DNA of 64,000 nucleotides from Squalus acanthias (lineage: Eukaryota): the NCBI GenBank assembly GCA_030390025.1, contig CM059435.1:30380001-30444000 (forward strand), given 5' to 3'. A program made the position numbers and the translations under genes. Of the stretch, positions 11,408-22,373 are shown one piece after another. Each line of letters opens with the position of its first letter. The first letter of the stretch is position 1. The notes under the pieces are model-generated. The model did no database searches. It was given only the letters and a program-made list of their open reading frames with translations, and was not told the origin of the DNA.

Positions 11408-12965
11408 AACAATAACAACAACTTGCACGTATATAGCGCCTTTAACGTAGTAAAACATCCCAAGGCGTTTCACAGGAGCGTTATCAAACAAAACTTGACA
11501 GCGAGCCACGTAAGGAGATTGGACAGGTGACCAAAATCTTGTTAGAAGGGGTAGGTTTTAAGGAGCGTCCTAAAGGAGGTAGAGAGGCGGAGAAGTTTAG
11601 GGAGGAAATTTCATACCTTAGGGCCTAGGCAGCTGAAGGCATGGCTGCTAATTGTGGAGTGATTAAAATCGGGGATGTGCAAGAGCCAGACTTGCAGGAG
11701 TGCATAGATCTTAAAGGCTTGTAGGGCTGGAGGAAATTTTTTTTTAATTCATTTTATGGGATGTGGGCATCGCTGGCAATGCCAACATTAATTGCCCATC
11801 CCTAATTGCCCTTGAGAAGGTGGTGGTGAGCCGCTTTCTTGAACCACGGCAGTCCGTGTGGTGAAGGTACTCCCATAGTGCTGTTATGTAGGGAGTTCCA
11901 GGATTTTGACCCAGCGACGATGAAGGATCGGCGATATACTTCTAAGTCAGGATGGTGTGTGACTTGCAGAGGAACTTGGAGGCGGTGGTGTTCCCATGCG
12001 TCTGCTGCCCTTGTCCTTCTAGGTGGAAGAGGTCGCGGGTTTGGGAGGTGCTGCCGAATAAGCCTTGGCGAGTTGCTGCATCTTGTAGATGGTACACACT
12101 GCAGCCATGGTACGCCGGTGGTGGAGGGAGTGAATGTTTAAGGTGGTAGATGGGGTGCCAATCAAGCCAATTATAGAGATAGAGAGGGGCGAGGCCATGG
12201 AGGGATTTGAAAACAGGAATGAAAATATTAAAATTGTGGTGTTGCTGGACCACAAGCCAATGTAAATCATCGAACACAGGGGTGCTGAGAGAACAGGATT
12301 TGGTGTGAGTTAGGATATGGGCAGCAGAGTTTTGGATGAACTCAAGTTTACGGGGGGTGCAAGGTGGGAGACTGGCCAGGAGTGCATTGGAATAGTCAAG
12401 TCTAGAGGTTACAAAGGCATGAATGAGGGTTTCAGCAGCAGATGAGCTGAGGCAGGGGTGGAGGCGGGTGTTGTTACGGAGGTGAAAGTAGGTGGTCTTG
12501 GTGATGGAGCGGATATGGGGTTGGAAGCTCATCTCGGAGTCAAATAGGATGCCAAGGTTGTGAACGGTTTGGTTCAGCCTCAGAAAGAGGCCATGGAGAG
12601 GGATGGAGTCGATGGCTAGGGAACGGCGTTTGTGGCGAAGACCGAAGACAATGGCTTTGGTCTTCCCAATATTTAGTTGGAGGAAACTTCTGCTCTTCCA
12701 ATACTGGATATCGAACAAGCAGCGTGACAAATCAGAGGCAGTGGAGTGGCCGAGAGAGGTGGTGGTGGTGAGGTAGAGCTGGGTGTCATCAGCGTACATG
12801 TAGAGACTGACGCTGTGTTTTCGGATGATGTTGCCGAGGGGCAGCATGTGGATGAGAAATAGAAGGGACCAAGCATAGGGAACGAGAAGAGAAGCGATTG
12901 CAGGTGATTCACTGGCTACGGTTAGACAGATAGGAATGGAAGCAGGCGAGGGCAGTCCCACCCAC
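11408..12965 (-). mobile_element. L2 LINE 3' fragment, interrupted at 11739-12168
   Basis: ORF 11942-13027 contains MYADDTQLY, LQLNIGKT, ETLIHAFVTSRLDYSNALL and IQNSAA; (CAA)n tail at ~11408-11424. Confidence 0.9.
11739..12168 (-). mobile_element. CR1/Zenon-like LINE 3' end with poly(A) tail, nested in L2
   Basis: LIGTPSTTLNIHSLHHRRTMAAVCTIYKM C-terminal motif; poly-T at ~11737; AATT on both sides; matches 42841-43287. Confidence 0.75.
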
Positions 12966-14021
12966 AATGCTAAACGTTTGGTTGCTTTGGGGATTTGCGG
13001 TCTGTTTTCCTTGTTGTGTAAAAGCATATTAGTTATTCTCTATTTCCCTGGCCCCGAGTGAAACTTGACTAAAGTTGAGGTAGATAGTCAAATCTTGGTA
13101 AAGTGGTTGATTGATTAGAAGCAGTGACTACCTGCACAAGTTTTTAATGCAAAAAGAAAAAGACACTGACTGAAAAATTGTATCAAATGGGGTTACACCA
13201 CAATGGGAACCGCTGTGGTGAAATCTAATTGATTAAGATAAAACTATTAAAAACCATAAAAATTTAGTATGTAAGCTACAGCTCAATTTTGTACTGAGAA
13301 AGCTTTTCTCAGATGATTGTAACCTGATGCACAAACAGTACATTTCTTTGATGTACACTGACAGTAAAGAACCATGACACAAAGGAAAAAATGGCACTGC
13401 TTTCAAGACTCGAGGGATATAGACTTGCCAAATTTCCACATATTTGCAGTGAGAACCACTGAATTTTCTTAACAAAGTGTAACCTGTTTCTAAATGTGTA
13501 ATTATTTCAAGATATATAAACCGAGTTCTATTCATGTTAATGATTTTGCAATCTCTCAAATGGCTTCTTGTAAAATGCATTGCTGGCAATTGCCTAATCC
13601 CAGGAAATATGGGAAGCAGCACTGGGAATATTTAGCTATGAGTTAGGCTGGCCCAAAATCTAGCTTTTTTAAAGTCTGAGAATGACTAGATTTCTCGAGG
13701 TATTGCATATCGCCACGAAAGATATCCTCCACTCCAGTAAACATCACATATACGATATATACCCTGCAAACAGATTGCTCGGCTTCATTTACTCCACTGC
13801 TCTCCATTCGATCAAAAGATACTACATTTAAATGTACTTTTTTTAAATGAAAAAGCTATCCACTTTTGGCTGCAGCTACTAATTACTTTCTGATACTATG
13901 GTGGAAATCTATGTAAGATTGAGGCATATGTAGGCAGTTAATTTTCTAATTTCCAAGTGTTCAAACAGGGAAACCTGTCAATGTACAGTATTATCAACAC
14001 TCCCGATTCACAAAGGCATTA

Positions 14022-14420
14022 AAGAATGAAAGAACTTGCACTTATATAACACCTTTCACGAACTCAGGATGTCCCAAAGTGCTTTACAACCAAGTACTTT
14101 TGAAGTGTAGTCATGGTTGTAATGTAGGAAACGTGGCAGCCAATTTGTGCACAGCAAGCTTTCACAAACATAAATCAAATAAATGACCAGATCATCTGTT
14201 TTAGTGATGTTGGTTGAGGGATAAATGTTGCCCAAAACAGTGGGAGAACTCCCCTGCTCTTCTTTGAATAGTGCCATGGGATCTTTTACATGCACCTGAG
14301 AGAACAGACGGGACCTCGGTTTAACATCTCATCTGAAAGTTGGCATTTCTGACAGTGTAGCACTCCCTCAGTACTGCGCTGAAGTGTCAACCTAGATTGC
14401 TCAAGTCTCTGTAATGGCTC
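14022..14420 (-). mobile_element. Deu-domain SINE, 5'-truncated
   Basis: Collinear with 9939-10400. Confidence 0.82.
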
Positions 14421-14817
14421 GTGAGAGCAGGAGCGATAAACCCCAGTCACAGTGTTTAAGTGGAAGTCTTGAAGTAGAGCTGCAGGAGTCATGATTCAGC
14501 TTTATCTTTTGTTTCTTTAATTTCCCTTTTGAGTGTAAATTTCTTTTTCAAATACGCCTGAATGCTGAAGGAGAATTTCAAATACTAAACTCGATTACTT
14601 ACCAACTTATTTCAGTTATAAGTCTATAAATTATAATGGGTGATATTAGGGGATGATTGGTGATTGTTTGAATGACAATCCAAGTGCATTAAAGATATAT
14701 CCACTAATACCGTTAACAACAATTTCTAGGGTACAATATTGTGAATTTGGTAAATTTTTTCATCTTCTATACATTCATTTTTTGTAAAATTCTATTTTAT
14801 AAATATTTAAACTTTAC

Positions 14818-16421
14818 TGTAAGGGGTTCGGGTGGCTCTGTGCTTAGCCTGGGTGCTAGTGCGGGGTTAGGCCTTGTTGCCTGTTCTGGTCTCCAGCCAG
14901 CCTGGTAGCACTAGACACCTGTGAGTGGTTCGACCCACTCGCCCTTACGGTTCTGACACTGGACTTAGGTGCGAGAGCAGTAATGCAGAGAAAACTCAGG
15001 TAGACCCAGTTGAATAGTACAAAATGGAAAATCTTTATTGCATATTGTTCAAGATTACGAAATACATGTCATAAGCACAGATTAATGACAGTACAAGCTT
15101 ACATACATTTAGGAAACTAGGTTTAGGGAAACGAGGAGCGCACGACACATCGTAAAAGGGGACACACATTATAATTATCCTTAAAACAAAACCCTCCCCT
15201 ATTAATACCTGTCCTAATCTAGATCTGTAGGATCGAGAACCATGCTCGTGATAACTCGGAGAATTCTAAAACGATGCTCGGATGTTTTCGCTACAGCACC
15301 TGACTATTCATGTGTTGATCAGGGGTCTCTGTACCCCACTTGTTTACTCGCTCTGCTCCGGCTAGCAGGCTGGGCTCCCCGTTGTCATGAAGAACTCGAC
15401 AATGCTCAGGCCCAGCTGTAGAACTCAAAGAAAAGTCTTTCTGGATCGACACCAGTTCGATAGAATTCGAAGAAAAGTCTTCCTGTGTCAGTTCGTGCAG
15501 TAACCTATAGAGTTCAAAAATGGTCTATATATTTTCGGGCGTGGTCGGGGTTTACTGACCGCGGCGGCACGTGGATTCTTCTTCTTCTCTTCTCATCTCA
15601 TCTCATCTCCTCGGGCCTTCGGGTCCAGACACCGTTTACCGACCTTCGGGATGGTGCACCCGATTTCGCAGCGCGCCACGAGGTCGACCCCAAAAGGGAT
15701 CAGCAGAACAAACGAGAGTAACGGTCGTCCGGGAGAATAGCCAAGAGACGATTCCAAGCGAATGAAAAGGATAAGAGAGCGATGGGCGCTTGGACACTAC
15801 AGTTATAGTACTGTAATTCCTTATCTCCCGCCCAAACTTAATGTTCATCTTTTGTCATGTTTTGGCGCTCAAATTTCTTGTATGGGGTGGTTCTTGTTGT
15901 TAATGGGTTTCGGTGATACTTGTAACTGTCTAAGTACCCGTTAATGTTTCTCCCATTGTGGAACCGGCTAGGAGTCTCCCTGGAGGGGTTTTGGGGGCCT
16001 CCAAATTCTTGTTGTGAGTACCCGTGAACGGCTCTCTCATCGTAGAGCCGTGGGGAATTTGCGTATCAATGTCTTTGGATGGGCCCTTGATTGCCCAGTA
16101 CAATAGCCCCGTTTGTGTATGGAAAACCGATTCCAACACTTATGTTTCTTGCTTAGGTGTTAGAAATGCAAAACAATCGCGTCTTGTCTTATATCAATAT
16201 GCTGAGCACTGTCCGATCTTGCTGAAATGTTTATTGAAACGCCATCTTGTCTGCCTACTGAGAAATCTGGAACCTTCTGCCACGAGGCGCGGTGGCCATT
16301 TTACAGGCTTCTTGTGTCCATTTTTGAACCTGACAGCATTTTGCTGAAATAAAGCTGTTTTTACAAAACTGTATGTCTCTATCTCGTTATTTCGAAATCG
16401 CGATAATTTGCGAATTCTACA
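14818..16421 (-). mobile_element. Solo LTR (1604 bp) of an endogenous retrovirus or LTR retrotransposon
   Basis: TGTAAG...TTCTACA termini; perfect 4-bp TSD TTAC (14814-14817, 16422-16425); minus-strand AATAAA at ~15034-15039; TATA-like AATATATAG at ~15525-15533; CpG-rich relative to flanks. Confidence 0.8.
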
Positions 16422-16539
16422 TTACAGAGGAAAAAAATAAAATAGCAATGCTGTTTGTATTTACAAAGCACCTTGTCACAATTTGTTTTAAGGGTAGTGA
16501 CTGTTGGGCAGGTAAAAGTAACAGTCATTCCATCCATCA

Positions 16540-16840
16540 ACATCCTACAAACAGCAATGAGACTCCCAACATCCTACAAACAGCAATGAGACTAATGAAA
16601 AATTAATCTGCTTTTGCTGGTGTTTGCTGAGGAAAGAAATGGTGATCAGGACTCTGGAAGAATCCTGCCCTTTTTTGAATAGTTCCATAGAATTTTTAAT
16701 GTCTATTGAGACTGGAACAGGCAGAAGGGGCCCCAGTTTCAAGCCTCCCCCAAAAGACAGTATGTCTGACAATACTTCACTCCCTCACTACTGGGGTGTC
16801 AGCCTAGATTATGTGTTCAAGTCCTGAAGGGAGGCTTGAA
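16540..16840 (-). mobile_element. Old Deu-domain SINE fragment with a small ~29-bp tandem duplication
   Basis: Degenerate similarity to the other SINE copies (GTCAGCCTAGATTATGTGTTCAAGTC); CAACATCCTACAAACAGCAATGAGACT occurs twice. Confidence 0.6.
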
Positions 16841-17327
16841 TATTCTTTAAATGTTAAATGCCAGCATATAAATATTGTAAATAAATCTCATTCCTTAAAA
16901 AAACCATTTTCATAGTTTCTTTTTGCACCAGAATTTCAATTAGAATTAATATTTATGTTCAAAGATATCTAAAAATAATGGTGTAATCTGAAAATGTCAG
17001 CAGATTTACTGTAAAGGTATATAGTGCCTGCCAGCAGATGTTTGGAATCCCTTATGTCTGCTTTACAGCAGATGAGACTTGACAGGGCTGTATTTGTTAT
17101 GTTTTATTTCCTCAGTTTGTAAAATGTTACTGTTATCCCAGATTTACCTCCTATTCCCAACATGGGCTATAAATAATTCATTTCATTTTAATTCAAAGGA
17201 ACCAACTCAGTTGATAGCTCTTTCAATTTGACACTAATTTCAAAGACCTAACGGCCTGCTACAAAGGCAAGCAAACCTCATTGAAGGACTGACAATTGCC
17301 GATGGTAAGATCACAAGAGTTGGTACC

Positions 17328-17802
17328 TTTTTCTAAATTCATTCTTGGGTCTGGGTGTTACTGACAAGGTTGGCTTTTGTTGCCATTCCCTAGTTTCCCT
17401 GAGGAGGTGATGGTGGACCTTTGTCTTGATCTGCTGCAGTACTGTACATTGATCAAAGTCTTGTTATTCTTTGTAGCGTTTTGATACAACTAAGTGGCTT
17501 GCTAGCCCACTTCAGAGGACGGTTAAGAGTCAACTACGTTGGTGTGGCGCAGCAATCACATATATGCCAGACCGGGTAACAATGGTAGATTTCCTTCCCT
17601 CAAGATCATTAATGAACCAGGTGGGCTTTTAAGCTAATCCGACTGCTTCATGATCACTTTTACTGATACCAGCACTTTATTTCCAGATTTTTTAACTGAA
17701 TTCAAATTTTTGAACTGCCATGGTGGGATTTGAACTCATATCTTCTATAATTATTAGTCTGAGCCCCCTGGATTACTCCAGTAAAATAACCATTTTGCTA
17801 CT
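17328..17802 (-). mobile_element. Second tRNA-SINE family whose 3' end resembles the Zenon-like LINE 3' end
   Basis: Minus-strand B box GAGTTCAAATCCCACCATGGCAG at ~17715-17738; 17328-17435 resembles 11739-11850. Confidence 0.65.
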
Positions 17803-18348
17803 GAGTTGAAAGGATCTTTCCTGGGTAGGGAGAATGGTTAGGAAAGTAACTTTGTGATTCATATGATACTACAATATGTTGGGTTACTGAATACCAGTAA
17901 TATATCATCCTAATTTTATGCCTTAAACTACTACATCTGCTGAAGTTGATTCTGCACCAATAAATGATATTTAAAATTATTATCCTGCAACATCTCTTAA
18001 TAGGCAGCTCTTAGCATTTCTATTCTATAAGTAGTATGGCTACATAATACTTTGAAAATGGGTGCTCATTTTTTATCATCCAATTTACTCTCCTATCTGG
18101 TTCCTCATCCCTTGCCCCCAGGTTGAGCAACACCTATGGAACTGTAAGCTAACCTGCTCTTAGGCCTTTGCAACCTGCCTAAACCAGCAATCAAGAGGCA
18201 ATGCAAGACTAGCCTAAGGCTGACTGTCTCCCCTCTGTTCTTTTCTTCATCCTGATGTGTTATATGCTGGGAGTTAAGACATAGGCCCAGATTTTGCGGT
18301 AAGAATAACGGTGAGGCTATCAATGCTCACCATTATTATGGAGTAAAT

Positions 18349-20416
18349 AGGAGGATAGAAGATTGGGAAGTCTTCAAAAGACAGCAAAAAGTAACTAAAG
18401 GATTGATTAAGAAAGGGAAGATAGATTATGAAAATAAATTAGCAAAAAATATAAAAACAGATAGCAAGAGTTTCTATAGTTATATAAAAAGAAAAAGGGT
18501 GGCTAAGGCAAACGTAGGTCCCTTAGAGGATGAGACCGGGAAATTAATGGTGGGAAACATGGAGATGGCAAAAATGCTGAACAAATATTTTGTTTCAGTC
18601 TTTACGGTAGAGGACACTAAGAATATCCCAACACTGGACAAACAGGGGGCTCTAGGGGGGGAGGAGCTAAATAGAATTAAAATCACTAAGGAATTGGTAC
18701 TCAGTAAAATAATGGGACTCAAGGCGGATAAATCCCCTGGACCTGATGGCTTACATCCTAGGGTCTTGAGGGAAGTGGCAGTAGGGATTGTGGATGCTTT
18801 GGTAATAATTTTCCAAAATTCCCTGGAGTCAGCAAAGGTCCCGGCAGATTGGAAAACTGCTAATGTAACACCCTTATTTAAAAAGGGTAGTAGGCAGAAG
18901 GCTGGAAATTATAGACCAGTTAGCCTAACATCTGTGGTGGGTAAAATTTTGGAGTCTATTATTAAGGAGACAGTAACGGAACATTTAGATAAACATAATT
19001 TAATAGGACAAAGTCAGCATAGCTTTATGAAGGGGAAGTCATGTCTGACAAATTTGCTTGAGTTCTTTGAGGACATAATGTACAGGGTGGATAAAGGGGA
19101 ACCAGTGGACGTAGTGTATTTAGACTTCCAGAAGGCATTCGACAAGGTGCCACATAAAAGATTATTGCTCAAGATAAAAAATCACTGGATTGGGGGTAAT
19201 ATTCTGGCATGGGTGGAGGATTGGTTATCTAACAGGAAGCAGAGAGTTGGGATAAATGGTTCATTCTCAGACTGGCAACCAGTAGCCAGTGGTGTTCCGC
19301 AGGGGTCGGTGCTGGGTCTCCAACTCTTTACAATCTATATTAACGATTTGGAGGAGGGGACCGAGTGTAACATATCAAAGTTTGCAGATGATACAAAGAT
19401 GGGAGGGAAAGTAGAAAGTGAGGAGGACATAAAAAACCTACAAGGGGATATAGACAGGCTGGGTGAGTGGGCGGAGATTTGGCAGATGCAATACAATATT
19501 GGAAAATGTGAGGTTATGCACTTTGGCAGGAAAAATCAGAGAGCAAGTTATTATCTTAATGGCGAGAAACTGGAAAGTACTGCAGTACAAAGGGATCTGG
19601 GGGTCCTAGTGCAAGAAAATCAAAAAGTTAGTATGCAGGTGCAGCAGGTGATCAAGAAGGCCAACGGAATGTTGGCTTTTATTGCTAGGGGGATAGATTA
19701 TAAAAACAGGAAGGTATTGCTGCAGTTATATAAGGTATTGGTGAGACCGCACCTGGAATACTGCATACAGTTTTGGTGTCCATACTTAAGAAAAGACATA
19801 CTTGCTCTCGAGGCAGTACAAAGAAGGTTCACTCGGTTAATCCCGGGATGAGGGGGTGGACATATGAGGAGAGGTTGAGTAGATTGGGACTCTACTCATT
19901 GGAGTTCAGAAGAATGAGAGGCGATCTTATTGAAACATATAAGATTGTGAAGGGGCTTGATCGGGTGGATGCGGTAAGGATGTTTCCAAGGATGGGTGAA
20001 ACTAGAACTAGGGGGCATAATCTTAGAATAAGGGGCTGCTCTTTCAAAACTGAGATGAGGAGAAACTTCTTCACTCAGAGGGTAGTGGGTCTGTGGAATT
20101 TGCTGCCCCAGGAAGCTGTGGAAGCTACATCATTAAATAAATTTAAAACAGAAATAGATAGTTTCCTAGAGGTAAAGGGAATTAGGGGTTACGGTGAGCG
20201 GGCAAGAAATTGGACATGAGGCTGAGTTCGGATCGGTCAGGGCCCTGTGGGTGGCGGAGCGGGCCCAGGGGCTGAGTGGCCGGGTCCTGCTCCTACTTCT
20301 TGTGTTCTTTAGATTTGAGGTTAGGATCAGATCAGCCATGATCTTATTGAATGGCGGAGCAGGCTCGAGGGGCCGATTGGCCTACTCCTGCTTCTATTTC
20401 TTATGTTCTTATGTTC
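18349..20416 (+). mobile_element. CR1 LINE, 5'-truncated, young, 5-bp TSD TAAAT
   Basis: TAAAT at 18344-18348 and 20417-20421; the uninterrupted site is visible in the paralogous MITE at ~25669 (GTGTAAATCGGAC); (TTCTTATG)n tail. Confidence 0.95.
18403..20219 (+). pseudogene. CR1 ORF2 reverse-transcriptase region (482-aa open stretch, one frameshift near 19845)
   Basis: [50 protein letters not shown]; one G missing in ATCCCGGGATG compared with the copy at 1573-3210. Confidence 0.93.
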
Positions 20417-22373
20417 TAAATCGGACAGCAACTTCCGGCGACTGCACATGGCGCAGTTAAACACAGAAATCAGGAGGTTGCTGCCCGAGTTGCCCTGCTC
20501 CTCCAGAAGCTTCGCTACATCAGTACCTCGCCGAGAGACTCGGCTTTCAAACACATAAAGGGCGTGAAGTTGCGGTATTTACCCACTAGATACCCAATAA
20601 ACACGGCAGAAAAAGTTAGGGCTTGTCCATTTGAGCAAATTAATTTTTAACGGCTTCATAAATCTTAATAACTGCCAAACAACATCCCTGGCACTGAAAA
20701 TTAACTTTTATATGCGTGGAGGCTCATTCCTTCAGGTTTTAATTATTGTTGGAGATTTAAAAAAATTAAAAAATTTAAATAGCTTTTTTTTAATTTCTGT
20801 CTATTTCTTAATTCCATGTTTCTTTCCCTCTTTTTATTTTGCTTTCTGTGAATGATTTTACATTGAATATTCTAACTTAGACTTCCTGGTTTAGACTCTG
20901 CGTGCCTCAGTAAGGATTCTTCAATCTGATTGGTTGAGGAGACACGTTGTTGCTTTCCCTGTTGACACAGGTCCCAGATGCCCTGTAGAGAGTGCCTTGC
21001 TGCTTTGACTGTCTGATAACCGCAAATCGCAGTGTAGAAGACTACAGAACATCTGTGGGCAAGTGTAAGTGTAATGAACGGCGAGTGCTGTTTGTTCACT
21101 GTTGACCGCAAAATCTGGGCCATTGTGATTTCAAGTTAGAAATAAGAAATCTTAAACTGTTTAAAATATCTATTGGTAAAAGCCAGCTCAGGCCTGATGT
21201 CAGGAAGCACTTCTCCAAAATACCTGGAATGGTTCCTGATTGGGACTTGTTATAACTGACAATTTCTCTGGTAGGGCCTTGTCAGGCAAGAGCTCTGGAG
21301 TCATTCAAGAGGCAGTTAGATGTTGTAATGGGGGACTGTAGGTTTCTTTGGAAGGATGAGCCAGATGGGCAATCTGTACTTAGCTTTGTTATATTAATTA
21401 AACTTAAACAAAACAAATTTGATAAGCATTGCATTTAAGTTAAAAGATAACTCCAAAAGTTTCACGCTTGTGACAGTGTTTAATGCAGGGCAGAATCCAA
21501 GTCTGAATTCAACATTCAATTCAGGCAATGCAATAAAGCACACACACGTACACATCTTGATCCAGATTTTCCTGGGGTCTTGTGCCACTGTAATGGTGCA
21601 TCGACATCGTAGGGACTCTTGAAGGGCATAAAAGAAAGAGGAAATGATGCAGTAAGTGACTTACACCATTAATTGTGCCATTCTATATTTTCCTGGGACT
21701 TTTACGCTGCTCCGCCATTACCTTCGCCAAAAATAGTTGGAAGGCAATCACAAATTTCCTGCATTTAAGCCAATTTTCACTCCGCTGCCACTTAAACTGA
21801 AAAAATGATGGTAGCGTCATGATTTATTGACTTTATAATGCATTCATTGATTGCTTTTAAATGATGTGCTCATGTGTTTGCTGATCGGGACTTGTTATTA
21901 CTGACAAGTTACAGGAGGTGTGTTAAACACCCAAGCAGCCCTAATCTCTACTTTCATTAATAATTTGAAGCCTTGGTTTATTAATGAGAAAGTGGATCCT
22001 GGCAAGAAACGTACCTGTTGAGTAGTTGATTGTGTAACTTTTATGGCTTATTTAGATTCAATTTTAAAACAGAACTGGAGGATCCCGATTCCTTCCTAAT
22101 CTCTGATAGTAGCAAACATTATCGATGGTTTCAGAAAATGGAAAAATACAACCGAGTATGCTTCTGAATGTTACTAACTAGTACTGAGATTCAACTTTGA
22201 TCAAATTTTTTGACCATTGTTAGTTCTCACGTAGCTTATGTAAAAGAACCCTTTAGTGCGTCTGATTGCCTGGGTTGGATAGAAATGTGGGGAAAAGAAA
22301 CCTGAATTTGGGGAAATAGCAGTTCATACACCTGAGCATTTTACTGTTGGCACCAAGGAAGCCACAAACATCA

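Larger units (their letters stand above)
18284..21121. mobile_element. Harbinger-type MITE with a perfect 17-bp TIR, split by a CR1 insertion
   Basis: GGCCCAGATTTTGCGGT ... ACCGCAAAATCTGGGCC; flanks ATA/ATT; paralog at 25610-27951. Confidence 0.85.

Noticed and set aside
18403-19851. Functional reverse transcriptase gene or retron-like system
   Set aside because: 5'-truncated CR1 ORF2 with no endonuclease or promoter, a downstream frameshift and a TSD; an ordinary dead-on-arrival LINE copy.
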